Below are positions 27,898-37,460 of a stretch of 64,000 nucleotides of DNA, piece by piece (within the stretch, counting starts at the first letter, position 1; every line of letters begins with the position of its first letter). Position numbers and translations under genes: made by a program. Below the pieces are notes generated by a model, which saw only the letters and a list, made by a program, of their open reading frames with translations, had not been told where the DNA came from and did not search any database. The stretch comes from a bacterium (GTDB lineage: Bacteria > Zhuqueibacterota > Zhuqueibacteria > Residuimicrobiales > Krinioviventaceae). The stretch is taken from NCBI GenBank assembly GCA_963693055.1, contig OY843751.1:5600001-5664000 (forward strand), written 5' to 3'.

Positions 27898-28743
27898 TTA
27901 TACGCTCAACCATTCTTCTCGTAACAGCTCTCCTTCAACACTGACAACAATCCCTTTAATAGGAACTTTGCGCTGCGCCTGCTCAACCGCTTGCTGTGCC
28001 AGCATAATTAACCCTCTACAGCAAGGTACCTGCATGATCATAACCGTTAGGGTATTAATTTGCGCGTGATCAATCATGGCAACCAATTTTTCCAAATAGA
28101 CATCTGTACCGCTGTCTAATTTGGGACAAGCAATAGCCAATGATTTGTCTTTCAAATAGTCTTTATGGAAATCTCCAACACTGAATGCCACACAATCCGC
28201 TGCCAGCAGTACATCTGCATTGCGGTATTGCGGTGCATTGGGAGAGATCAGGTGCATTTGTACAGGCCAGTGGCGCAGCTGAGATGGCCTATGACCCGCA
28301 GTACCATTCTCTTGCTCAACAACCGTTGTCTTGTCAAATTCCAAAGCCTTTGACCCGGGACAGCCCGTATGATGAACAGGACTATCATTATCTTCCGGTA
28401 CAGCAATACCTCTTTCCTTCAAGATCTCTACTGCTTGATTATAATAATCGGTTTCGTTATGGTCTTTTAAATGTTTGAGATGCGCCTTGATTGTATTTGC
28501 ACCCGCATTTATGATATTCTCCATAACACGGGCTTCATTATACGGTTCGGCTTCTCGCTCTTCAATGGTAATTGCACCTTCCGGGCAATGACCCAGGCAG
28601 GCCCCTAATCCATCACAAAACAGGTCACTAACCAGCCTAGCTTTTCCATCAATCATCTGTATAGCACCTTCCGGGCAACCAGGAATACACAGTCCACAAC
28701 CTGTACATTTTTCTTCATCTATATTAATTATCTGTCGTTTCAT
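27898..28743 (-). CDS. 4Fe-4S dicluster protein of the hcp-associated type
   Basis: CTGCGLCIPGCP, CDGLGACLGHCP, GCPG, WPVQ, ADC, CPKLD, VPCC. Confidence 0.9.
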   Translation of the reverse strand: MKRQIINIDEEKCTGCGLCIPGCPEGAIQMIDGKARLVSDLFCDGLGACLGHCPEGAITIEEREAEPYNEARVMENIINAGANTIKAHLKHLKDHNETDYYNQAVEILKERGIAVPEDNDSPVHHTGCPGSKALEFDKTTVVEQENGTAGHRPSQLRHWPVQMHLISPNAPQYRNADVLLAADCVAFSVGDFHKDYLKDKSLAIACPKLDSGTDVYLEKLVAMIDHAQINTLTVMIMQVPCCRGLIMLAQQAVEQAQRKVPIKGIVVSVEGELLREEWLSV

Positions 28744-28802
28744 TCTGCACCTCGTTTGTTCTTTTGACTGGATTAAAATAGTACAAAATGCTTGAAAAAT
28801 CC

Positions 28803-28816
28803 TTGATTCACATCAA
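28803..28816. promoter_or_regulatory. FNR/Dnr/HcpR-type box
   Basis: Perfect TTGAT-TCAC-ATCAA between the divergent hcp operon and Crp/Fnr gene. Confidence 0.85.
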
Positions 28817-28852
28817 GTGAATAGCTATTTTCTAAATAAATGAGATATTTTT

Positions 28853-29524
28853 ATGACTAGCGATCTATTATTAACTATAGAAAAAAATCTCCTAGCCTCT
28901 ACCTACTTCCAGGGACTGTCAGACACCAGTCGTAAAGCTCTGGCTGAAATCTGTATACCCAAAAACATTTCAAAAAAACAAATCTTGTTTCTAGAGGGTA
29001 CCAGCGGACATGCAATTTATCATTGTGTTTCAGGTAATTTGCAGTTATACAAAACAACAGCAGATGGCAAAGAGATTGTAATTAAAACCGTTAAACCGGG
29101 TGAACTGTTTGCCGAAGTGATCCTCTTTGAGCAGGACAGCTACCCCGTTTCCGCAAGGGCATTAACCAGTGGACAGGTGTATGTATTACCCAAAATACAA
29201 ATACACTGTCTGCTTGAAAGGCCTGATTTCCGCAATGACTTTATCAGCATGCAGATGAAAAAACAGCGATATCTGGCCAATCAGATCAAATATCTCAGCA
29301 CTCATGATGTAGAAGAAAGATTGTTTCTGTTTATAAAGGAAATGTTTGGAGAAAAGGAAACCATTGACCTCAAGCTGTCAAAAAAAGATGTGGCGGCTTC
29401 CATAGGAACAACCCCTGAATCCCTATCCCGATTATTACTCAGATTAAAACAGGAAAATAAACTCGAGTGGAATGACAAAACGTTAAAAATAAATCATAAC
29501 GTTTGGAAAGGTCTTTTAATATAA
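28853..29524 (+). CDS. Crp/Fnr-family regulator (HcpR/Dnr-like)
   Basis: cNMP-like domain GELFAE...YPVSA; HTH VAASIGTTPESLSR; divergent from hcp. Confidence 0.92.
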   Translation: MTSDLLLTIEKNLLASTYFQGLSDTSRKALAEICIPKNISKKQILFLEGTSGHAIYHCVSGNLQLYKTTADGKEIVIKTVKPGELFAEVILFEQDSYPVSARALTSGQVYVLPKIQIHCLLERPDFRNDFISMQMKKQRYLANQIKYLSTHDVEERLFLFIKEMFGEKETIDLKLSKKDVAASIGTTPESLSRLLLRLKQENKLEWNDKTLKINHNVWKGLLI

Positions 29525-29564
29525 GACAACCGGGCCCTGCGATGGAGTACAGAGCCCGAATTGT

Positions 29565-29963
29565 TTAACCATTGACAGCACTTTCGTTGGCAATAAAAGC
29601 GTTCACCTCTATGGTAGGCGGTGTAAGCAGATGTTTTTTTACAGCACATTGGTCCGCCGCACGAATCACCGCATCTTTATATTTTTCCGGAAAAGTTTCC
29701 GGCAAGTGTATATTCAATTCCATTTTGCCGATCAGATGAGTAGCCGGATCCGTATACATCCGCTGGATAATCTCTATACCCTCGGTTGAAACACCGCGCT
29801 GATCACAAAATGATTTCACATAAATTCCCGCGCATGTACCAATAGACGCTAAAAAAAGCGCGAATGGCGGGGGTGCGGTTCCATCCTGGTTTGTAGGAAT
29901 TGTCATCGGTCCATATTGGGCATCTACTCTAAGCCCGCCGGGAAAAGTTACTTTTATATCCAA
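29565..29963 (-). CDS. OsmC-family protein
   Basis: PF.LFLASIGTCAG and QCAVKK; TTG start after AAGGAG. Confidence 0.88.
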   Translation of the reverse strand: MDIKVTFPGGLRVDAQYGPMTIPTNQDGTAPPPFALFLASIGTCAGIYVKSFCDQRGVSTEGIEIIQRMYTDPATHLIGKMELNIHLPETFPEKYKDAVIRAADQCAVKKHLLTPPTIEVNAFIANESAVNG

Positions 29964-30047
29964 AATTTTTCTCCTTACTCGTTGTTTCTTTGTATTCTTT
30001 TTATTAATTTGATGTGATTATAAATAAAAGGATTCAAATCATTCCAC

Positions 30048-30941
30048 ATGATGTTTGAATATTTCGTAACAAAACCTTTCGACCTTGCAAATACAGTCAA
30101 ATCACATGGCTGGTTTCAACTCGTTCCTTTTTATTGGGATAATTCTACAAACACCCTAAACTGGGCTTTGAATACATCTCAAAACGGACCCGTTGCGATT
30201 TCTATTCAAGAGCAGGAATCTGGTTCGGAACAGACAAAACTCTTGTTCAAAACGCACAACAATGCCACGGCAGACAAGGATGAAATCATAAACCAGTTTC
30301 ACCTGGTCTTTAATCTGGATCTCAATTTATCCGGATTTTATAAAATCTGCTCTCTACATTCTACTTTAAAGCAATTACCACAAAAGGGTATGGGACGTTT
30401 AATGCGTTCTCCCAATGTCTTTCAGGATGTTTTTAAAAGCATCTGCGGTACCAATGTTATGTGGAAACAAGCCGTGAAAATGGTAAATACTATTGCGGAA
30501 CTGGGTGATGTAGTACCGGGTACATCGTATCGTGTTTTTCCTACACCCCAACAGATACTTGACGCCAGCGAAAGTTATCTCAAAGATACAGGACGTGTTG
30601 GATATCGCAGTGCGTATCTCATAGAACTTGCCAACAGGTATATGAATGAAAATCCGGAAACAGCATATAACCATAATACCTATCCAGAGCTTTTTCAATT
30701 TTTTGTAAATCACAAAGGAATTGGCAAAGTCACAGCCCGCTACCTTTGCGCTTTATATGGCAGATTTGAAGAATTATCTATAGATAGTCTGGTTATATCT
30801 TACATGACCCGGACATATTTCAACGGAACCAAACCGGAAACCGGGCAAATTGAACAGATATTTGAACAATATGGTGAATGGAAATATCTGGTATATTGGA
30901 TGGAATTCGTGCTGAACAAAGGATGGGACCCGGATGCATAA
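30048..30941 (+). CDS. HhH-GPD superfamily DNA glycosylase (AlkA/Ogg-like)
   Basis: GRLMRSP.VFQD..K.I..TN, FPTP, GYR, KGIGKVTA, ID. Confidence 0.8.
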   Translation: MMFEYFVTKPFDLANTVKSHGWFQLVPFYWDNSTNTLNWALNTSQNGPVAISIQEQESGSEQTKLLFKTHNNATADKDEIINQFHLVFNLDLNLSGFYKICSLHSTLKQLPQKGMGRLMRSPNVFQDVFKSICGTNVMWKQAVKMVNTIAELGDVVPGTSYRVFPTPQQILDASESYLKDTGRVGYRSAYLIELANRYMNENPETAYNHNTYPELFQFFVNHKGIGKVTARYLCALYGRFEELSIDSLVISYMTRTYFNGTKPETGQIEQIFEQYGEWKYLVYWMEFVLNKGWDPDA

Positions 30942-31488
30942 ATACGAAAAGCTACTGGCTCTTTTACAAATTCATTTCAACCTGTACAAGGAAATATCTG
31001 TACAAGATATTTACAAATTACTATATCAGGGCACCATGGGACCCAGGCACATGTTAAAACATGTAGATAAAGCCCATGCATATCTGTTAAAAGAATGGCA
31101 AGAGGTACCAACTCATACTTACAAACCACTACTTGTCCCTGTCTCAACAGACCACTCTGTGGTTAGGATCAATTTTCAGACTGCTAAAGCCAAAGAGATA
31201 ACAGCAGAAGCCATTTGGGAGATGAAATACCAGACAGCCCTGCATTTTGTAGAAAAGAAAAAGATATTTAAAAGCCTGTGGTGGAAAACCATGGAGCTTG
31301 TACAAAATGAGAAAATCCCTTATACTATAGAACAGTTCCATGAACTTGACAAAAAAGCCTGGGATAAAAATTATCCGGCCATACATCATTCAGAAGCTTA
31401 TCGCAAGGCAAATTATCCGGCATACCGGATAATACTTTTAACAGAATTTGAAAAACTATATCCAAATTACAGAGAGGACCATGAATAA
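30934..31488 (+). CDS. Conserved hypothetical protein
   Basis: QDIYKLLYQG..GP.H and HHSEAYR..Y.P.YR; overlaps both neighbours. Confidence 0.75.
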   Translation: MHKYEKLLALLQIHFNLYKEISVQDIYKLLYQGTMGPRHMLKHVDKAHAYLLKEWQEVPTHTYKPLLVPVSTDHSVVRINFQTAKAKEITAEAIWEMKYQTALHFVEKKKIFKSLWWKTMELVQNEKIPYTIEQFHELDKKAWDKNYPAIHHSEAYRKANYPAYRIILLTEFEKLYPNYREDHE

Positions 31489-31939
31489 AACAGAAGCATA
31501 TAAATGGGCGGCAAAACGGGTCAGAGCGCAGGTATTGCGCAGTATTGATCCGGTTCCCACATTGGCCAATACAAGCGCAATATTAAAAGAATATTTTCCA
31601 AACTATTTCTGGGCTGGCTTTTATTTCAGCTATACCGGTTACCTTTTACTGGGCCCATTCCAGGGACCTCCGGCATGTGTTAAACTCCCTCTCGACAAGG
31701 GTGTTTGTGCGGCCTGTGCCAACAAAAAGGAAACCATCATTGTACCCAATGTTCACGAATTCCCGGGACACGTAGCCTGCGACGACCGTTCAAATTCAGA
31801 GATCGTTGTTCCTGTATTTGATCAAAACAACAACCTTAGGGCCATTCTCGACATAGACAGTGCCCAACTGGACGATTTTGATGAAACAGATGCCGAAGGC
31901 CTGCAAGTCATTGCGGATCTGTTAAAGGAGATCTGGTAA
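31481..31939 (+). CDS. msrC: GAF-domain free methionine-R-sulfoxide reductase
   Basis: WAGFY, LGPFQG.PAC, GVC, VHEFPGHVACD..SNSEIVVP, LDIDS; ATG 31481 after GAGG. Confidence 0.88.
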   Translation: MNKTEAYKWAAKRVRAQVLRSIDPVPTLANTSAILKEYFPNYFWAGFYFSYTGYLLLGPFQGPPACVKLPLDKGVCAACANKKETIIVPNVHEFPGHVACDDRSNSEIVVPVFDQNNNLRAILDIDSAQLDDFDETDAEGLQVIADLLKEIW

Positions 31940-32017
31940 ACAGATTGTTTTTGGCATTTTGACCTTTTTTAAGTACATTTGCTTTGAATTTTCCAAATAG
32001 AATAAGGAACATGAATT

Positions 32018-33007
32018 ATGACAGCAATCAAAACCGGTCTGATCGGTGTAGGGAAACTGGGTGAATTTCACTGTAATTCATTAACAAAGCTGGACCAGGC
32101 AAATCTGGTTGGTATTTTTGATACAGATAAAGAACGGACTGCAGAAATTGCTCAAAACTATGGCTGCAAAGCGTTTAATTCCGCAGACGAACTGCTAAAC
32201 GCTGTCGATGCTGTGGGTATAATTGTTCCCACCACCTATCATCATCAATATACTTTACAGGCATTAAACGCCGGTAAACCCGTCTTTGTGGAAAAACCCA
32301 TTGCGGTAACCATAGAGGAAGCGGAAGAAATGACTGCATTGGCTGCCGAAAAGAACCTTGCCCTGCAAACCGGGCACATTGAACGCTTTAATCCCGCTAT
32401 TCGAGCAATGGACGATCATCCTTTTAATCCGCTTTTCATCGAGTCGCACAGGCTTGCGCCTTTTAACCCACGGGGTACCGATGTAGCGGTTATTCTCGAT
32501 CTAATGATCCACGATATTGATATCCTTCTCAGTCTCGTAAAAAGCGATGTAAAACATATTCACGCCAATGGTGTTGCTGTGGTTTCAGATGAAGTTGATA
32601 TTGCCAATGCGCGCATTGAATTTGAAAACGGATGCGTTGCCAATGTAACCGCCAGCCGTATCTCGCAACGTAAAATGAGAAAGATGCGCCTTTTCCAAAG
32701 AGACTCGTACGTTTCCATCGACTTTTTACAGCGGCTGACCGAAGTGTTTGAAATTGTAGATGAAGATAATGACAAACCTGTTACCATGAACCTTGGCGAG
32801 ATAGAACAGGGTAAACATAAACGCAAGATTATTTACCACCAGCCCAAGCCCCCTGAACAGGATGCCATGCAGGCAGAATGGACGAGTTTTTTCAACGCCA
32901 TCCAAACCGGTACCGAACCCGTTGTAAATGGCAAAGATGGACTAAAAGCCCTTAAAATCGCCACACAAATTACAGATATTATTAAAAACCAGAAAATGGG
33001 TGCGTAA
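32018..33007 (+). CDS. Gfo/Idh/MocA oxidoreductase, probable UDP-GlcNAc 3-dehydrogenase (GnnA-like)
   Basis: G.G.LG.FH, EKP, GHIERFNP, DLMIHD, TASRIS; directly upstream of lpxB. Confidence 0.8.
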   Translation: MTAIKTGLIGVGKLGEFHCNSLTKLDQANLVGIFDTDKERTAEIAQNYGCKAFNSADELLNAVDAVGIIVPTTYHHQYTLQALNAGKPVFVEKPIAVTIEEAEEMTALAAEKNLALQTGHIERFNPAIRAMDDHPFNPLFIESHRLAPFNPRGTDVAVILDLMIHDIDILLSLVKSDVKHIHANGVAVVSDEVDIANARIEFENGCVANVTASRISQRKMRKMRLFQRDSYVSIDFLQRLTEVFEIVDEDNDKPVTMNLGEIEQGKHKRKIIYHQPKPPEQDAMQAEWTSFFNAIQTGTEPVVNGKDGLKALKIATQITDIIKNQKMGA

Positions 33008-33012
33008 CCACA

Positions 33013-34143
33013 ATGCCCAAACGAATCATGATTATAGCGGGTGAAGCCTCTGGCGACCTGCATGGAGGAGAGCTGGTTAAGGCTTTAAAAGCCCAAATCC
33101 CGGATTTGGAGATTTTCGGTGTTGGCGGCAACAATATGAAAAACGCCGGCATGGAATTGTACTATCATGTAGATCAGCTCGCTTATATAGGATTCTGGGA
33201 AGTGGTCAAGCACTATCCGTTCTTCCGTCGTATCTTTAACGATCTGTTGAAGAAATATAATGATCTAAAACCGGACATTATTGTACTGATCGACTATCCC
33301 GGTTTTAATCTGAGATTTGCCAAAAAGATCCATTCTCTGGGTGGCAGGGTATTTTACTATATCGCACCCCAGGTTTGGGCATGGCACCAAAGCCGTGCAA
33401 AAAAAATGGCAAAATTCATCGATCAGCTGGCAGTAATTTTTGGTTTTGAAAAAACCTTTTTCGACAAATACGGGCTCAAAACCACTTTTGTTGGGCATCC
33501 TCTGGTAGAAGGTCTCAAGATCCGCATGGAACGCGACGAGTTCCTGACCGGGCATTCATTGAATAATGATAACCCAATCTTGGGTCTTTTCCCCGGCAGC
33601 CGCAACCAGGAAGTAGAATCTCTGCTGCCCGCAATGCTCAGTACCGCATTAGAGATACAAAAAGAACATCCGGAACTGCAAATAGCTGTCAGCAAGGCTG
33701 AAACCATTACTATAGAGCGAATTCAGGCCCACATCCCGGAACATGCAAATGTGCATATTGTATCCGGTCAGGTTTATGAACTAATGAAATATGCCGATGC
33801 GGCAATTGTTGCGTCCGGTACAGCCACATTAGAAACCGCCTGTTTTGAAACCCCTTTCGCCATAGCATACCGGGTATCTCCCATGTCTTTTGCCATTGGG
33901 AAAAGAGTTGTCAAAATCAAACACATTGGTCTTGCCAATATTGTAGCGGGTAAAGAAGTAGCCAGAGAATTCATTCAGGATGACCTAAACAGCGAGAACC
34001 TGAAACCCGAAGTTGAAAAACTGCTGTTTGATAACGAGTATAGAGATCAACGCATCCAACAGCTCAAAACTGTGCGAGGCAAACTGGGTAATCCCGGTGC
34101 TGCCGCCCGAACCGCATCATTGATTCAGGACATGATCAGATAA
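33013..34143 (+). CDS. lpxB: Lipid-A-disaccharide synthase
   Basis: AGEASGD, IDYPGFN, PQVWAW, VGHP, PGSR..E, SGTATLE. Confidence 0.97.
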   Translation: MPKRIMIIAGEASGDLHGGELVKALKAQIPDLEIFGVGGNNMKNAGMELYYHVDQLAYIGFWEVVKHYPFFRRIFNDLLKKYNDLKPDIIVLIDYPGFNLRFAKKIHSLGGRVFYYIAPQVWAWHQSRAKKMAKFIDQLAVIFGFEKTFFDKYGLKTTFVGHPLVEGLKIRMERDEFLTGHSLNNDNPILGLFPGSRNQEVESLLPAMLSTALEIQKEHPELQIAVSKAETITIERIQAHIPEHANVHIVSGQVYELMKYADAAIVASGTATLETACFETPFAIAYRVSPMSFAIGKRVVKIKHIGLANIVAGKEVAREFIQDDLNSENLKPEVEKLLFDNEYRDQRIQQLKTVRGKLGNPGAAARTASLIQDMIR

Positions 34144-34148
34144 ACTAT

Positions 34149-34811
34149 ATGAATAAAGAAGCAAAGAAAAACCTGATTTCCTATATTGCTATTAAATTAG
34201 CCTGGTTGTTGATCCTGTTCTTAGGTAAAACCGGAATTTCAACCATTCACAATCGTAAATACGTTCGTTACGCACAGCGTTGCGGAAAACCCATCATGTA
34301 TGTGGTTTGGCATGGTCATATGTTGCTGCCCATCTTTGCGCACCGAAATCAGAATATTTATGCCATGGTTAGCGAGCATGGCGATGGAGAAATTATTGCC
34401 AAAACCATAGAAAGACTGGGATACAAAACCATTCGCGGATCTAGTACCCGGGGTGGCAGCAAAGCATTCCGTGAGATGCTAAGAGTATTAAAAAAAGGTA
34501 ACAACTGTACCATTCTACCGGATGGCCCAACCGGCCCCCGTCATGAATTTAAAATGGGCGCTGCCCTGTTAGCACAGCGCACCGGTGCCGTTATTCTGCC
34601 AACAACCTTTAGTGCTAAAAAACCAATCGAATTCAAGTCATGGGATAAATTTATAATCTGGTGGCCATTTACCCGTATCACTATTGCATATGGCAGACCG
34701 ACAACCCTGCCTCGCAAAGCATCACCGGAAGAAATGGAAATTTGGAGACAAAAACTGGAAAACAACATGAACCAATTACAAGCGGAGGCAGATGGTCTAT
34801 TTTCAGCGTAA
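34149..34811 (+). CDS. DUF374 lysophospholipid acyltransferase (LpxJ-like)
   Basis: WHG, SEHGDG, RGSSTRGG, PDGPTGP, SWD. Confidence 0.85.
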   Translation: MNKEAKKNLISYIAIKLAWLLILFLGKTGISTIHNRKYVRYAQRCGKPIMYVVWHGHMLLPIFAHRNQNIYAMVSEHGDGEIIAKTIERLGYKTIRGSSTRGGSKAFREMLRVLKKGNNCTILPDGPTGPRHEFKMGAALLAQRTGAVILPTTFSAKKPIEFKSWDKFIIWWPFTRITIAYGRPTTLPRKASPEEMEIWRQKLENNMNQLQAEADGLFSA

Positions 34812-35832
34812 ATGGCCGGGAATACTCTTGTGGCCCTTGTCTCTTTTGTATGCGACTGCAATTCGCCTTAGAAATTTTTGTTACGACCGGGGAATTTTCA
34901 AATCCTATTCTATATCCACAAAAATTATCAGTGTGGGAAACATAACCGTTGGCGGTACAGGCAAAACACCTACAGTAATTACCCTTGCCCGAGAGCTGGT
35001 TAAGCAGGGTAACCGCGTGTGCGTTCTCAGCCGCGGATATGGCAGAAAATCCAAAGGCACCGTAATTGTCTCTGATGGAGAATCCATTTTGGCACCAGTC
35101 GACCAATCGGGTGACGAACCATTCCTGATAGCAACCGCACTACCCAATGTTCCTGTCGTTGTAGACAGTGACCGCGTAAGAGGCGCGCAAATGATAAAAG
35201 ATCGTTTTCAATCTGACATTATAATACTTGACGATGGATTCCAGCATCGTCGTTTAAAACGAGACCTGGATATTGTTACATTCAACGCGGCAAGCCCCAT
35301 AGGTAATGGTATGGTAATACCCGCCGGCCCCTTGAGGGAACCCCTGCAGAATTTAAATCGCGCGCATGTATTTTGGAGCAATGGCAGTACACAGAATGAT
35401 CTGCCAAAGCAGACCCAACAATCTGACAAACCTGTAATCAGGGCTAATTATCAAACCATTGGTTTGTTCAATCAGGCTGCATCAATGAATCAGGATCAAC
35501 TCGACAATAAAGATATAATTGCATTCTCTGGTTTAGGGAATCCTGAAAATTTCAAAACCACTTTGCGGGGAATGGGTGCAAATTTAAAACTGTTCAAGTC
35601 TTTTAAAGACCATTACAATTACAATCAACAGGATATACAAAACCTGCTGGAGCAACAAAAAAAATACGACGCAGCTTTTATTATTACAACTGAAAAAGAT
35701 TGGGTCAAGCTACCCAAAGATTTACCAGAGCCACAAAACTGGTACTGTTTGCAAATAGACATCATTCCCCGGAATATGGATGATTTTGTGATCCTGATCA
35801 ATAGTGTCTCAGAATCGTACAAAAATACTTGA
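34792..35832 (+). CDS. lpxK: Tetraacyldisaccharide 4'-kinase
   Basis: SVGNITVGGTGKTP, SRGYG, GDEP, DDGFQH, PAGPLREP, TTEKD. Confidence 0.97.
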   Translation: MVYFQRKWPGILLWPLSLLYATAIRLRNFCYDRGIFKSYSISTKIISVGNITVGGTGKTPTVITLARELVKQGNRVCVLSRGYGRKSKGTVIVSDGESILAPVDQSGDEPFLIATALPNVPVVVDSDRVRGAQMIKDRFQSDIIILDDGFQHRRLKRDLDIVTFNAASPIGNGMVIPAGPLREPLQNLNRAHVFWSNGSTQNDLPKQTQQSDKPVIRANYQTIGLFNQAASMNQDQLDNKDIIAFSGLGNPENFKTTLRGMGANLKLFKSFKDHYNYNQQDIQNLLEQQKKYDAAFIITTEKDWVKLPKDLPEPQNWYCLQIDIIPRNMDDFVILINSVSESYKNT

Positions 35833-35890
35833 ATTATGTTAAAAATTTTGCTTATATTAAGAAAATATAAATTCTTTTGGAGAATATATC

Positions 35891-37273
35891 GTGAGTGATA
35901 CTGAAAATAATCCACTTGTAATGATAGTCGATGATGATAAGAATATATGTAAAATGATCGAAGCCAGCCTTCGCAAAGAAAAAAAATATAATTTGCGAAC
36001 CGTGCTGAATGGCGAAGCCTGTATGAATCTTTTGCAGGAGGTTACCCCAGACCTGGTATTGCTGGACATTCAAATGCCGGGCATGGATGGCCTTGAAACC
36101 TTGAAGCAAATCAAAGAATTTGATAAGCGCATTCAAGTGGTTATGATGACCGCCCACGGCACCATTGAACATGCGGTCGCTTCAATGAAAGCCGGCGCAC
36201 ATGACTTTTTAACCAAACCCTTTGCGCGTGACCGGTTATTGGTTACCGTAAACAATGCGCTCATGAACAGCTCGCTTCGTAAAGAAGTTGACGAACTTCG
36301 TTCCGAGTTAAAGGGCAAATATTCTTTTGGCAATATCATTGGGCAAAGCGGAGTAATGCAGGATGTTTTCAAATCTCTTGAAAAAATAGCAGACAGTACA
36401 GTCACTGTTTTAATCCAGGGAGAAAGCGGTACTGGTAAAGAGCTGATAGCCCGCGCCATTCATTTTCAATCACAGACCCGTGCCAACAAACCTTTCGTTG
36501 CAGTCAACTGTTCCGCATTGCCGGAATCGTTACTGGAAAGTGAATTGTTTGGTCATGAAAAAGGTGCGTTCACCGGAGCAGCCGGCAAACGTATTGGTAA
36601 ATTTGAACAAGCCCATGGTGGTACCATCTTTTTAGACGAGATTGGTCTCATGTCTCCCACTGTTCAGGCTAAAATTCTTCGTATTTTGCAGGAACGTGAA
36701 TTTGAGCGTGTTGGCGGTAATGAACTGATCAAAGTTAATGTTCGCGTAATTTCTGCAACCAATGCAGATCTTGAAGAAGAGGTAAAAAAGGGCACTTTTC
36801 GTGAAGATCTTTATTACCGTTTATCTGTTTTCCCAATGAAACTTCCGCCCTTGCGTGAACGTAAAGATGATGTACCCCAGTTAATAACCCATTTCATTAA
36901 AAAATACAATGAAATTGAAAACCGCGAAATAGAAGGCGTAGACCAGGATGCATTAGAATTACTTACCAATTACAGCTGGTCAGGCAATGTGCGCGAACTT
37001 GAAAATGCAATTGCACGCGCGGTAGTACTTGCAGACAAACAAATTACAGCCAAAGAGCTGCCCCAGCCGGTTCGCGCTATTGGTGAAAAACAGATCCTTG
37101 AATCAGACAACACCCTGGCCGGTTGGATCGAAAAGCTGGAAGAGGAAGCATTGCGTCAGGCATTGCTAGAATGCGAAGGCAATATTTCAAAAACTGCAAA
37201 AAAACTGGGTATTGGTCGCGCAACTATATACAGAAAAGCTAAAAAATATGGTCTTGCCATGGTAAACGGATAA
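35891..37273 (+). CDS. Sigma54-dependent response regulator (NtrC family)
   Basis: Intact receiver (VDDD, LLD, KP); [28 protein letters not shown]; Fis-type HTH. Confidence 0.96.
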   Translation: MSDTENNPLVMIVDDDKNICKMIEASLRKEKKYNLRTVLNGEACMNLLQEVTPDLVLLDIQMPGMDGLETLKQIKEFDKRIQVVMMTAHGTIEHAVASMKAGAHDFLTKPFARDRLLVTVNNALMNSSLRKEVDELRSELKGKYSFGNIIGQSGVMQDVFKSLEKIADSTVTVLIQGESGTGKELIARAIHFQSQTRANKPFVAVNCSALPESLLESELFGHEKGAFTGAAGKRIGKFEQAHGGTIFLDEIGLMSPTVQAKILRILQEREFERVGGNELIKVNVRVISATNADLEEEVKKGTFREDLYYRLSVFPMKLPPLRERKDDVPQLITHFIKKYNEIENREIEGVDQDALELLTNYSWSGNVRELENAIARAVVLADKQITAKELPQPVRAIGEKQILESDNTLAGWIEKLEEEALRQALLECEGNISKTAKKLGIGRATIYRKAKKYGLAMVNG

Positions 37274-37277
37274 ATTT

Positions 37278-37336
37278 ACACCTGTGAGCATGTCTCACAG
37301 GTGTTCCACTTTAAAACATTGTACCAGAGTGTCACA
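37278..37336. promoter_or_regulatory. Candidate enhancer: three tandem TGT-N11-ACA sites
   Basis: Sites at 37283-37299, 37302-37318 and 37320-37336. The first lies in a perfect inverted repeat ACACCTGTGAG-CATGT-CTCACAGGTGT. Confidence 0.65.
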
Positions 37337-37382
37337 ACATTTTATAAAAACCTTCAATCTCCCACAAAAACCAAGCCAATAA

Positions 37383-37395
37383 AAACAATTACTTA
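37383..37395. promoter_or_regulatory. Candidate IHF site
   Basis: AAACAA-TTAC-TTA, one mismatch to WATCAA-N4-TTR, between the enhancer and the sigma54 box. Confidence 0.4.
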
Positions 37396-37418
37396 CGACC
37401 AATTATTTTTTCCAATTC

Positions 37419-37434
37419 TTGGTATACCATTTGC
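37419..37434 (+). promoter_or_regulatory. Sigma54 -24/-12 promoter
   Basis: TTGGTATACCATTTGC: GG (37421-22), N10, GC (37433-34), with TGG and TTGC. Confidence 0.78.
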
Positions 37435-37460
37435 CTTTTAACGGTCAAACATTGTATAAC

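Noticed and set aside
28764-28777. Second FNR-like box (TTGAC...TTAAA)
   Set aside because: The right half-site and spacing fit poorly; not supportable without a matrix scan.
37419-37460. N-terminal extension of the sigma-like ORF from the TTG at 37419
   Set aside because: That codon lies inside the sigma54 -24 element, upstream of the predicted transcription start.
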